From Rebecca billardiae RCC1528 (Eukaryota; Protista; Haptophyta): a DNA stretch of 64,000 nt. Positions 1 to 10,918 of this stretch are shown one piece after another. The DNA lies in contig OZ251229.1 in NCBI GenBank assembly GCA_965240325.2, forward strand, positions 558,001 through 622,000, read 5' to 3'. How positions within the stretch are numbered: the first letter of the stretch is position 1; each line of letters starts with the position of its first letter. The position numbers and the translations under genes were made by a program. Under the pieces are notes generated by a model. The model had not been told where the DNA came from and ran no database searches. It saw only the letters and a program-made list of their open reading frames with translations.

Positions 1-13
1 GCGCATGACTAGG

Positions 14-169
14 ATGCACCTGCAATTCTTGCAGGGTATCATCGGGTTCGACGAGGACGACGAGGAGGGCGAGGGCGAGTTTGACGACGAGGACGGGGAG
101 GAGGATGACGACGAGGACGAGGACGAGGACGGCGAGGATGGCGCGGAAGAGGAGGAGGAGGACGCATAA
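14..169 (+). CDS. 3' end of a gene with a highly acidic C-terminal tail (partial; start is outside or unclear)
   Basis: Reads LQFLQGIIGFDEDDEEGEGEFDDEDGEEDDDEDEDEDGEDGAEEEEEDA, then TAA at 167-169; GAC/GAG codon periodicity. Confidence 0.6.
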   Translation: MHLQFLQGIIGFDEDDEEGEGEFDDEDGEEDDDEDEDEDGEDGAEEEEEDA

Positions 170-1591
170 GTGTGCGCTCGGGCGCCTCCCGGCCTGGCGC
201 TCGCTTTGCGCGCAGGTTGCGCGTGTGCAGGTTGCTCGCAGCCGCAGGGGAGAACTCGAGCAAGCAGCACGCGGCATGCGGGGCCCGGTGGTGATGCTAT
301 GCGGTGACGCCTGTGGGTTGCTCGTCTCGTCACGTCGTGGGGTCCTCCCGCGGCGCAGCACGCGATGGATCGCGCCGCGCAGGCGAGGCACGGGCACAGC
401 CGCCCTTCACGTGGCCACCGATCTGGGCGCAAGGCAGCACTCGCGGCTCCACGCCACATTGCGCTGTCTCAGCGACCGCGACTGAAGCCGGCTTATCGAG
501 GCGCCAGTCGGCTTCTTTGACCTGAGCTCGGCACACGCCGGCAAACATATGCGTGCGCCCAATTCGAGCTGCTGAGCTGCGATTCGGGAGGTGGGCGGCT
601 CAGTCAGCGCGCTCTAAGCTGCTGCTCCGCATTGCTGGTTGACGCAGTGTCATTGACTGGCCTCTGCGATGCCGGTGTGGTCTCACTCACAGGAGGCAGC
701 TGGGTGGGCTGCACCGGCGGGGCGGCGCGGCTGGCCAGCAGTCGACGGGCGCGTCTTCGAGTCTTGGCGGGCTGTCGCCGGCAGATCTCGGTGACGGTCG
801 CCGCACGGCGTCGCACCATGATGACGGGTCCGACGTCACTCGGTCTCGGACTCGGTGGCTGTGCAGGCCGCTGCCAGGCTCTAGTACTGTCTATTGAACC
901 TCAGGCTAGCTAAGTTTATTCGGCAGTTTATTAGAGCAGACTCGTCAGCAGCAGAATAATAACTGCTTATTAGTATTATTATTCAGAAATAAGCCCCGCG
1001 CCCGCTGACGGCATTATCATCGCGTCGGCATTTATCTAAGCCGCGGCCGGGCTGCGGGCATCCGTCATCATGATATCACGGGCCTCATGATGAGTCACTG
1101 CTGAATTGACCGTCATGGCTGTCAAGTGGCGAGTCATCGCCGCCCGCCCAGCGACGGCGTAGAGTGACCGTTCAGTACTGTCTGAAAACTTTACAGACTG
1201 ACTAGTAGTAGGACCGTACGCCCTATACGCCGCCTGCTGTCGTACGTGCGGACTGCGGGCCCTAAAACGTCAATAATAATTCGGCAGCCAGTAGCTTACG
1301 TCATCTGGGATGAATAACGGCGCGAGCGAGTAATACTACGCTGCCATGCCGAAATTATCGGAGGATTCGTCTCGGAGGCAACAGCCCGGCGAGGCCGGGC
1401 GAACACTCCGTGAACTTTCGACACAAAACACTCTACATGTTACCAATAAGCATGAGAGACGCACACAGCTCCGAGCTCGAGCTGCATCAGGCGAGATACT
1501 CTAGCTAAGTCTAAGACTTCTAGGACTATAATTATAAATTGTTGCTACTGATGATCGATTCTGGAGTATGATTTGACGGCGCGGCACGTAC

Positions 1592-1780
1592 ACGGACACA
1601 GTCTGATCCGACAGGGCTGCGTGTAGTCTGCAGCCTGAAAACCGTTACACGGCGGGGTCGCCGGAGGCGGCCGGAGGCAGAGGGTGCCGTGTAACGGCTT
1701 GGCTGCAGACTGGGTCAGCTGCGCGCGGAGGCCGATGCTTGGAGGCTGTGATGGGTATACCCCGTAACGGATCACGTCCG
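1592..1780. repeat. Nested inverted repeat (MITE-like fold-back, about 190 bp)
   Basis: Inner arms gtctgcagcc..ccgttacacggc (~1626-1653) and gccgtgtaacgg..ggctgcagac (~1686-1710); outer arms cggac..tgatccg and cggatca..gtccg. Confidence 0.45.
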
Positions 1781-2039
1781 CGTGACTGGGGCCAACTCAG
1801 CTACATAAAGTATACCGGTACGTTGTGCCAAACAGGATGGATGACCTGTGCAGCGCGATCTCAATCTCGTCATGCAGAACACGTGCTTCGTAGCGGCTAG
1901 GACGAGGTGCGGGGACGATGAGATGGGAGTGCGCTGCTTGGAACCGAGCAGCGGACCGCGGAGCGGTTGCCGCTGCGGCTTGCTGAGTAGCCGTGGTCCT
2001 GTCGCGCAGCAACTCAGTGTGCAATCTACTGCAGCGGCG

Positions 2040-2912
2040 TCAGCTCATCACGAATGCCGTGAGCGCTTTGAGACGCGCCTTTGCTAGCGCCGTCTCCAGG
2101 CGGCTGGACTCTGCCTCGAGCTCGCTGATCTTCTCGTCGTTGGCCGCCACGCGCTGCCTGAGCTCGGCGGTGATGCTCAAGGAGGCGCGCCTAGTGCGCC
2201 GGCGCATGGGCTGCTCGACATCAGCGCGGTACTCCAGCGCCGGGCGCTTGAGCGGCGGCGGCCTCTTGGTCAGAGTCTTGGTCGGCTCTGTCGTACACGC
2301 GAGGTTCGGAAACCACTCGCGCAGCGTGACATCTCGTGGCTGCACTCTCAGCTGAAACAGGGAGTGCCGCATCGACGAGAGCACGTTGAGCTTGAAGGCG
2401 ATACGGCACTGCCCACCTTCGAGCCACGCGCACGGCTCTTGCAGCTCTGGGAGCTCTAGCGAAGCTGGCAGCTGTGCGTTCAGCAGGTCCTCGACCTGCT
2501 CGCCGCTGGCCGCGTACTCGCAACGAAGCTCAAGCTGCACCGGGTCGTGCGAAGACACCTTGGTGCTCCGGTCACTCGCGAGCACAACGTTGACGACCAG
2601 GGTACGCACCCGGCCCTTGAGCAGAATGCGCTGGCCTTCTGTATCAATCGCATCGGCGGCTTCCTCGAACGACGCTACCAGGGCATAGTTGTACAACGCG
2701 GCGCGGGGTGCGGGCCTGGCATCGAGCGGTCCGCAGTCTTCGGGCTTCATTGCCGTCAGCTTCGGAAAGTCGACGGGCGGATGCGCCTGGGGTACGCGGT
2801 CGATCTGAAACACATCGAACGCGCTCGTACCGTGGAGCTTCTCCTCCTCCCCCTTCACCGGGCAGCACATGGCCATGGGCGGAGGGAGGAGGCCGGGGCG
2901 GGCGCGAGACAC
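2040..2912 (-). CDS. Hypothetical protein, possible beta-sandwich (CudA-like) DNA-binding domain with C-terminal coiled coil
   Basis: 290-aa ORF with coding-like codon use; FKLNVLSSMRHSLFQLRV...TEPTKTLTK, basic stretch RRRTRR and heptad tail; start may be the ATG near 2876. Confidence 0.55.
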   Translation of the reverse strand: MSRARPGLLPPPMAMCCPVKGEEEKLHGTSAFDVFQIDRVPQAHPPVDFPKLTAMKPEDCGPLDARPAPRAALYNYALVASFEEAADAIDTEGQRILLKGRVRTLVVNVVLASDRSTKVSSHDPVQLELRCEYAASGEQVEDLLNAQLPASLELPELQEPCAWLEGGQCRIAFKLNVLSSMRHSLFQLRVQPRDVTLREWFPNLACTTEPTKTLTKRPPPLKRPALEYRADVEQPMRRRTRRASLSITAELRQRVAANDEKISELEAESSRLETALAKARLKALTAFVMS

Positions 2913-3759
2913 GAGTACGTGGGTTGGACGTGTCCCAAATCACCGGACGACCCGCCAACCGTGCGGCATTGTCAGCTGTCAGCAGGACCGCGCGCGAAAA
3001 ACTCGGCTCGCCCGGCACTCGCCCGCCCGCCCGCCGCCGTGCACGGCGGCCGGGCCGCTCGCGCCATCTCGAGCCTGCACATCGATCTGCTAGTCACGCG
3101 CGCATGCGATAGTGATGTATGCCCCCGCAGCGGCTCGAGCCCCGAGTCGAGCCCATAGCGCTGCGCGCGCGCGCGCTTGCACGCGAGCGCCTGGGCTGCA
3201 ATTTGTGCGGCGCCGCGGGTGTGCGTGCTGCTTCAAGGCGCGGAGCAGGCGAGGACGAGGAAGGCGCGCGGCGCAGTGAGGGGCGCCGGGTGGCTCTGCG
3301 GCGGCTCAAGCCCCGCGCCGCCTCCGCAGCCCGACCCCACGGCCGCAGGAGCGCACGGCGCGAGCGGCCCCGCACGACGGCGGGCGGGCGAGTTATGCCA
3401 CTCGCGAGCGGCGACCTTGCGATGAGTGAGCCTCTGCCGCGCCGCGCACTGCGAGTTGTGGACCCTGGATACCCTTGCGGACCCGAGACACTCGCAACTC
3501 GCCGCGGCCTTGCGAGACAAATCCACGTTCCTCAAGGGCGGCCCCGCACCACGATGGCAGCCTCGCACGGCGCGGCTCGAAGTCGGAGCGCTCTCATCAC
3601 AGATGACGTACGCGAATAAATTAAAAACCCGATACGAAATAAACACGCACCTGGCAGCAGCCGCTGCGTACTAGGGAGACCCGCCCCTGCCTCATTGTCA
3701 CACACACAATCGAGGATCCGAGAGAGCCCCTGCACCTGCACCAGGCCGTAGCAAACCCA

Positions 3760-6381
3760 TTAGCGCACGACTCTCGACTTGAGCAGCAGCGGTGCGTCGC
3801 TTCCCGGCGGGCGCAGGGAGAAGAGGGCGCGCGCGTACGCCGCCTCGTCGCGCAGCGTCGTGCCATCCTCGATGGCTCGCAGGACCGCGAGCACGTGCCC
3901 GCGCATGCGCTGGCGCCTCGGCTGCGGGATGCGCCGGTCCCAGAAGTGGCGCGCGTGGTCGGCCAGCGCCACCTCAATGGTGAGCAGGAGCGCGCCGAGT
4001 GGCGGCGCCGTCATGCCCTGCGCACCCAGCACAGCGCTCAGCGCGCCGTGGTACTCGCCGACCCATGCGTGCCAGGCGGTGGCGTCCCGCCCCAGCCACG
4101 CAAGCAAGGAGGCCACATCCTTCGCTGGCGGACCGCGGCCGGCATTTTCAAAATCGATCAGCTGCACCGAAGGCTGCGCGCGCGCCGACGACAGAGCGCG
4201 CCCGGCGGCGCGGGCTGCCGCACGCGTCCCGTTCCGCGCGGCGCGCGCTGAGGCGGGCCCGGCGGAGCCGAGCCGCCGACGGCTGGCGCGAGACCCGGGG
4301 AGCCGCGCGAACAGTAGGTTCTTCGGGTGCATGTCGCCGTGGACGAGGCACACCCACGGGCTCGCGTTCAGCCACGCCTCGAGCGCGCGCGCAGCGAGCG
4401 CGAGCCGGGCCCACGGCGGCTCCGCCTGTGCGCGCAGCCTGCGCAGGTCGCCCCGCGCGTCCCAGTCGTCGAGGTTGTACCAGCCGCCGCGCGCGCTGAG
4501 GCCACCCAGCTGCTCGTGCGTGATGCCCCACGTCGAGCCGTGCAGCCGCGCGAGCGCACGCAGCGCGGCGCGCACGTGCGCATCCGCCAGCACCCACGTG
4601 TCCAGAGCCGCGCCGTGCACCAGCTCCGTGCACAGCAGCAGGCCCTCCGCCGCCGTGTCGAGCACGAGCAGCGGGCGCGGCATCGGCACCGACGCGGGCG
4701 GCGCGGCAAGCCGCGCCGCGTGCCGCCGGTGGAAGACCCACTCGTTGTGCAGGCTGTCGAAGCGCGCGCGCGCGGCCCTCGACGCGTTGGCGCCCTCGCG
4801 CGGCCGGAAGGTTTGCTTGAGGAGGACGCGCCCGCCGAGGGCATACACGTAGCCCGTGTGCACGCCCCCCCAGCTCAGCGATTTGAGCACCTCGACGCGC
4901 GCATCGCCGGCGCGCGGCGCGAGGCCGGGCCCGTGCGTGCGCTCGATCGCGGCGAGCAGCTCCGCCGCGCGCAGGTTGCTGATGACCTGCGGCGCGCCGG
5001 GCGCGGGCGGCACAGGGCCGTGCCTGCGCGCCGAGCTGCTCGACGCGTCAGCTCCGCAGTGGCTGCGCGCGCCCCCGACGGCGGCGCGCTTCTCAGCCGG
5101 GAGCGCGGGTGGCGCGGGTAGCGCCCACCAGCTGTGGTCGTACTCCTGCTCCGACGCCGCGTCCATCCGGCCGGCGAACAGGTCCGCGCTGGAGACGAAC
5201 TCATCCGGCCGCACGCCGATGCGGCCGAGCAGCTCGGCGACGACGTCCGCACCCGGCACAAAGCGCAGCGCGCGCGCGCGATGGCGGTATGCTGCCTCGA
5301 GCCCGCGCACCGCGCAGTCGGTGTCCGCCGCGGCGGGATACTTGATGGCGAGCGCCGCGACTGACGCGGTCAGATGGCTCGGGTACGTCACTTCGTTCAC
5401 GAGCAGCTTCGGCGGCTTGCCGTCCGAGCGGGCGCCCAGCACGAACACGTCGAGTCGGAACCAGTCCGCGCCATACGCGTCGCCTATCGTGCGCGCGATC
5501 GCGTGCAGCCGCGGGCGCAGCCGCTCGAGCACGGGGCGGATGAATGCGCACGCCTCCGCCTGCCACCATCCCCCGCGCGAGTACGCCACGTGCTCACAGC
5601 GCACCGCCGCGGGCTCGCAGAAGGAGACGAAGACGAAGCCCCGCTTCCTGCGCCTGCGCTCTGGCACGTACTCGACGGAGGTGGCCACGCCCGAGCCGAG
5701 GATGCGCTGGCCCGCGCCGTCGAGCGCGACGTGCACATTGAGCTCAAGGGGCCGTCCGGGCTCCGACTTCGCCGCAGCGCGCGTGCCCGTCGCGGCCGTG
5801 GGCGGCGGCGGGGGCGGCGGCAGGGACCCACCGACGAGCGGCTGCACGAGTATGCCGCGGTGCTCGTACGGCAGCCCCCACCCACTCCACATGCGGCAGT
5901 GGCCCGGGCAGATGTCCTTGGCGATGCGTCTGAGGCCGGCCATCGACATGTTGAGCGGTTTTCGCACCATGTGCACGCCCATGCCGCCGCCGTCCGTCAG
6001 CGGCTTGATCACGACCGCAGTGTTGGGATGCGCCCGCGCAAACGCTTGCACGGCCAGGCGCAAGGCCGTGGGCGAGTACTGGGGCCAGCGTCCGAGCCGA
6101 TGAGTGCAGAATGCCCCGTAGATGAGGGGCACTTGTGGCAAACCGAGGGCGCGAAGGAGAGCGCCCCCCAGCAGCTTGTTCTCAAGCAGACCAAACGTCT
6201 GCCCTCGCCTGTAGCGCCGCAGCTGCCAGCGCAAGCGCGTGGCGTTGGTTGGCGTGATCGAGAAGCCCGCCGCCTCGATCTCGGGGAGGAGGGAGAAGTC
6301 CGAGCTCACACGCGTCGGCTCGGGCGTGGCGTGCGGCGCAAGCGCCGCGAACGCCAGCAGGAAGGCCACGCGCGCCCCCGT
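3760..6381 (-). CDS. TupA-like ATP-grasp domain fused to an APH/choline/EcKL-type small-molecule kinase
   Basis: ATP-grasp motifs ENKLL, VVIKP..GGGMGV, RGILVQP, WFRLDVF, LVNEVT; kinase motifs LLKQT, LVHGDMHPKNLLF, LIDFENAGRG; hydrophobic N-terminal segment; start uncertain (ORF beyond ~6400 is the antisense shadow of the next gene). Confidence 0.75.
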   Translation of the reverse strand, partial: TGARVAFLLAFAALAPHATPEPTRVSSDFSLLPEIEAAGFSITPTNATRLRWQLRRYRRGQTFGLLENKLLGGALLRALGLPQVPLIYGAFCTHRLGRWPQYSPTALRLAVQAFARAHPNTAVVIKPLTDGGGMGVHMVRKPLNMSMAGLRRIAKDICPGHCRMWSGWGLPYEHRGILVQPLVGGSLPPPPPPPTAATGTRAAAKSEPGRPLELNVHVALDGAGQRILGSGVATSVEYVPERRRRKRGFVFVSFCEPAAVRCEHVAYSRGGWWQAEACAFIRPVLERLRPRLHAIARTIGDAYGADWFRLDVFVLGARSDGKPPKLLVNEVTYPSHLTASVAALAIKYPAAADTDCAVRGLEAAYRHRARALRFVPGADVVAELLGRIGVRPDEFVSSADLFAGRMDAASEQEYDHSWWALPAPPALPAEKRAAVGGARSHCGADASSSSARRHGPVPPAPGAPQVISNLRAAELLAAIERTHGPGLAPRAGDARVEVLKSLSWGGVHTGYVYALGGRVLLKQTFRPREGANASRAARARFDSLHNEWVFHRRHAARLAAPPASVPMPRPLLVLDTAAEGLLLCTELVHGAALDTWVLADAHVRAALRALARLHGSTWGITHEQLGGLSARGGWYNLDDWDARGDLRRLRAQAEPPWARLALAARALEAWLNASPWVCLVHGDMHPKNLLFARLPGSRASRRRLGSAGPASARAARNGTRAAARAAGRALSSARAQPSVQLIDFENAGRGPPAKDVASLLAWLGRDATAWHAWVGEYHGALSAVLGAQGMTAPPLGALLLTIEVALADHARHFWDRRIPQPRRQRMRGHVLAVLRAIEDGTTLRDEAAYARALFSLRPPGSDAPLLLKSRVVR

Positions 6382-6654
6382 GGTGGTAAGCTGCTTGCGC
6401 AAGCCGCACGGGCGCCGTCCAGTCGGCGTCGGCGGCGGGTGGCCTCGGCCGTGCGCCAAGCCGCCAACCGGCAATAGGGATTCTCCCGCCGGACTACTAC
6501 TATTTACAATGATGGCGTAAATATGAGCAACGATCTCCGACGTCGAGATCCTTGGCGGGCTGAATAGCAGCAAGAGTCGGCGGCGCGCGCACCGTCGGGA
6601 GCAACTGCCAGCTCGTCGCCAGCCCAGCGCGGCACTGAGCGCGAGCGCGAGACC

Positions 6655-7815
6655 ATGGCGGCGCTGCTGTGCAAGGCCATCTTTCTGCCGTGCCAGTACG
6701 CGGCCAAGTGCCTCGGCGAGGCGTGCCAATGCTGCGGCGAGCTCATGCAGCCGCTGGTCGATTGCTTCTGCAACCCCGAGTACCCGTTCTCCGCGTGCTT
6801 CTTCCTGACCTTCCTGGGCACGTTCGTGCCCGGCGTCCTGACGATCGGCATCGTGCTGTCCAACTTCAGCCTCGTCTCCCAGGCCTGCGCCACCAGCGGC
6901 CTGCACACCGTCACGCTCGTGCACGTGCCGATCTTTGTGGGGCACTTCCTCTTCGCGTGGTACCTCAACAACCAGTTTGTGGAGGTGGACCGCGGGCGGA
7001 AGGTGATCAGCAAGTTCTGGTCGATGTTCCTGTACGACCCCGCCGTGCTCGTGTACATCCTCTTCCTCGTCTTCAACATCGTCTGGCTCGTGATGACGTC
7101 GAGCGCGATCGCCGCGGCCGAGACCGAGGGCTGCTGCGACCAGGTGCCGTCGCTCTGCCAGATGGCGACGGCGTGCGTCGCGCTCGAGGGGGCGTTCTTC
7201 GTGATCGGCCCGTGCATGGTTGGCTTCTCGCTCATGAACGAGTGCTGCAAGGCCGACGAGCAGCAACGCGAAGAGGCGCGCCAGCGCCAGGCGCAGATGT
7301 ACGCCCGGCGCGGCGGCGGCGGCAGCAACGCGCCCATCCCGCTCAGCACGCGCCTGCTGGCGAGCCTGCCGATCATCGGCTGCTTCTTCCGGCCGACGCA
7401 GCAGCCGCAGGCGTACGCGCAGCCCGCGCGCGGGGGACAGCCGCCGCAGGCCCAGGTCGTGCAGGCGCGCCCAGCGGGGTCGACGATGGAGCGGCCGGGC
7501 CAGGCGCAGTACACGCCGCCGCAGCCCGCCGTCGCTCAGGCATACGCCTACCCGGCGTCTGGGGGCGGCGGAAGCGGCGCGGACTCGGCGCCGCCGCCGG
7601 CGTACTCCGCGCAGCCGCAGCCGTACCAGCCGGCGCAGGGAGGCGGCGCGGGGCCATCAGCGCCCCCAGCGCCGCAGCAGCAGGAGGAGAGCACGAGCGC
7701 CCTGATGGGCAAGCTCGCAGGGAAGGCGGCGAAGGGCATCGCATCAGGTGTAACTGCCGGCGCGAGCGCGGTGAGCAGCGCGCGCAATAAGGGCCCCACC
7801 CCGGCCCAGCGCTAG
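6655..7815 (+). CDS. Multi-pass membrane protein with Cys-rich N-terminus and Pro/Gln-rich tail
   Basis: gaccATGg start; about 4 hydrophobic segments; strong GC3 bias; intronless 386 aa. Confidence 0.85.
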   Translation: MAALLCKAIFLPCQYAAKCLGEACQCCGELMQPLVDCFCNPEYPFSACFFLTFLGTFVPGVLTIGIVLSNFSLVSQACATSGLHTVTLVHVPIFVGHFLFAWYLNNQFVEVDRGRKVISKFWSMFLYDPAVLVYILFLVFNIVWLVMTSSAIAAAETEGCCDQVPSLCQMATACVALEGAFFVIGPCMVGFSLMNECCKADEQQREEARQRQAQMYARRGGGGSNAPIPLSTRLLASLPIIGCFFRPTQQPQAYAQPARGGQPPQAQVVQARPAGSTMERPGQAQYTPPQPAVAQAYAYPASGGGGSGADSAPPPAYSAQPQPYQPAQGGGAGPSAPPAPQQQEESTSALMGKLAGKAAKGIASGVTAGASAVSSARNKGPTPAQR

Positions 7816-8588
7816 GAGCCGCGCGCCGACATGCGCGCTCATTCGCAGTCGGCTATGGCAAGGGCGGGCGGGCGCATGGCTGCAGCGACAGCGCAGGCCA
7901 TCTGCGAGGTCCCAGCCACTAAAGCCAGCACCGCGCCGGCACTGACTCCGGCGCGGCCGGAATGCCGGCGGCGCCCGGCGTCCATCCAGGCATCCACTAA
8001 AGCTAGCCGGTTCAGGAAAGGCTGTGCCCCCGGCTTCAGTGGGTTCCCAGTGGCGGCATGCCGCCCGGCTCGTCGCCCCAACGCACCTGCTCGCCTAAGT
8101 ACTGTGAGCGCTCAGAGCGGGATCCCGGCGTCATCGCGTCCGCGCCGCGGCCGGCCGCCGGCCGTGACCCGTGGACAGCGGTGTGTCCGGCGGCCGGCCC
8201 GGCGGGCGGCGCCGCCGGCCGCCGGGGCGGCGCCACTCGGCACTCTGCGTCACTGACTCACGGTGAGTCCGCGGCGGCTAGCGGGGTGCGGATGGCACAC
8301 TACCGCCGGGCAAGTCGTTAACTAAGTAGAGTGTACTGAGTTATGTAGACTACCGATAATAGTAGCATCAGCTGCTATACGACATGTATACTGTATATAT
8401 ATATATTCATATACATATATGCATATATACATATATGTATGTATATGTATATATATGTGTATATATATACTACTTTTTCCAGCATTGTATGTCAGAAAAC
8501 GTGATGACTGATGATGCAGATCGGCGGTCGGATCGGACGGCTTGCTTTTAACTCACTAGTCACTAGCACGTGCGCTCAGCGTAGTGAC

Positions 8589-9031
8589 TAGTGGGGTCAG
8601 AGCTCCGACCGTTACACTCCCGGGTGCCACAATCTCCCGAAATCTCTCAGCATGAACTATCACATGGGTATTTACTTGGACGAACTAGTTAGTAGGCGTT
8701 AAGGCTTAATTCCAGGGTGTAGAATCCGCCTGTGCCAATTTCAGACGGCCTAAATGTGATCTAGACTCCGGTGCGATTCTGGTGCAAATAGCGAGATCAC
8801 CTCGGAGGTCGTGTATCTCCCCTACTAATGTTGCCGCGAGATCGCGTCGAGATTGAGGTCGTATATCTCCAGTATGTGACATATTTTTTCGCAAAACTTG
8901 TCAGCGTGACCCCAGCTCATTTCAGGCGAATATTGACATATCATCCCGCCGAAGTTTGAGAGCCTCATCTCAAGACGACAGGAAGTTGGATTTTGGGCCA
9001 CGCACCCCCCAGTGGGGCTCTGACCCCTCTA
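8589..9031. mobile_element. hAT-like MITE (443 bp)
   Basis: 18-bp TIRs TAGTGGGGTCAGAGCTCC and GGGGCTCTGACCCCTCTA (16/18); 8-mer CGCTCAGC right of the element and 8 bp upstream of the left end. Confidence 0.7.
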
Positions 9032-9286
9032 CGCTCAGCGCAGAGCGCTCGGCTCGTTCACGTTGCGGCACGGCGCCCGATCATCGCGCTTAGAGTTAGA
9101 AGTTAGAATTCGACAGCCGACATAAGTCGTATATAGTTATTGTCTGTCGTCGTTATGATGCGACGAGCGCGACCATGTCTGTGCATTGAATCGTCGTCGA
9201 TCGTGTCAAAATCGTCGTGCTTTGTCAAGGCTTTGACGGCGCGGGCGGACGGCGGTACGGATGCAGCTGCTGCTGCCTGCTGGCTG

Positions 9287-10874
9287 CTATCGCGTCTCCT
9301 GCGCCATCGCATGCGAAGCAGCTTCGTCGTGATGCTGCTCCGACGGTGGCGAGCCCGATCGAGCGCGCAGAGACGGCGGCACGCGCGACGGTAGGCCCGT
9401 GCCCGCAGCTGCGAGCGTGGGCTGTCCGAAGCTCGCAGGGACGCCGCCCATCGCATTCGGCGGCGTCGAGCGCCTCTGCTGCGACGGGGCCGCGGAGCTC
9501 GAGCCACCGCCCTGCTGGGACGGCCCGTGCCCCGCGCCTGCCGCCCAGTACGGCGCGCTGCCCGCGTCCAAGGCGGCCGAGCCTCCGGGCTGCGGCATGG
9601 AGCCGAGCGGAGGCGGGATGATTCTGCCCGGGCCGATCGCGCTGGTGTACGGCCTGGCAACTACCGCGGCCGAGTGGCTGCTCAGCGCCTTGCCGTTGTC
9701 CAGGAAGAGAGTCTCCTCGGCAATGTCCACTGCGCACAGCGCGACCGCGCATGCGCGCACACGGCACGCAGGGACAGGCGTGCGACGCGGGGCGGAGCAG
9801 ACGGAGTCAGTCCGTGGCCGCGGCCGAGGCCGCCGCGCTGGCGGGGCGGGAGTCGCACGCGCGCCTCACGCCCGCCCGCCCGCCGCAGCGCACAGCGCGC
9901 GCCCGCACGCTCAGCGCGTGCAGTGCGCGCCGCGCGCATGCAGCTTCTGCACCTGTGGAGTACACGTGGCCCGCCTCCGCGGCGTGCAGCGCCGGGTCGT
10001 CTGTGAAGAGCAGCGCCTGCGCCCAGTCGAGCTGGCGCGCACGGCGAGACGCGCGCAGCGGGCGGGCAGAGGCGGCACGCGCGCGGGGGCGCGGGTTGGG
10101 TGGGTGGGTGGGCAGGGCCACGGCGTGAGTGCTGCCCACGGCTGCACCTGCCGGGGCTGCAAGCGGGGGCCGGCGCACGTGACCGGCGCTCTCGCTCGCG
10201 CGGCCGGCTGAGCGGGGCACGGCGCACGCGCGCGCCACACCTGCAGCGAGCTCGGCGATTCGCCGCCGTCGGCGCCGCCGCCCTCGAGCGCCGGCGCGCG
10301 GCGCGCGTAGCCAGAGTAGAGCAGCACGCCGTCGAGGTACACCTCGAACTGCTTCACCCCGCGCGCAGGCGTCTTTGCGTAGTTCCACAGCTTGAGCATC
10401 GACAGCCGCATCGCGCTCGGCAGCCTCACGCTCACGCCCACGGCCTCGCCCGCGCTCCACGGCGCGAGCCACATGTGCGAGTCGTCGCGCGTGGCGTGGT
10501 GCCCGTCGACGAGCTTGTCCGGCGTGCGCGGGTCGCCCGAGATGTCCGGCAGCTCGTTGATCGAGTGCGGCTCCGCGCTCACGCACGCCGGGTCGATCGC
10601 CACCTCCGCGCCCGCCTCGTCAAACGCCGCGATGCCGTTGAGCCCGACGTAGTGTCTGTCGCCCCACGTGCACAGCAGCCTCAGCTCGAGCAGCTCGCCG
10701 TACGGCAGGCTGGGCAGCACGTAGTCCGCGCCCGGCCCGCCGAGCGCGCCGTCGTCCGCGCCCTCCGCGTCCGCCTCGCCCACCGCGCCCGCCTCGCCGC
10801 CGCCGCCGCCCGAACCGCCGCCACCTGCGCCTCCGCCTCCGCCTCCGCCTCCGCCTCCGCCTCCGCCGCCGCCT

Positions 10875-10918
<44 letters not shown>

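Noticed and set aside
6400-7266. N-terminal ~290 aa of the 1168-aa ORF
   Set aside because: Antisense to the 6655-7815 gene and its promoter
10148-10156. 9-nt AG/GT-flanked micro-exon in the KATNIP intron
   Set aside because: A single 209-nt intron already preserves the frame; needs RNA evidence
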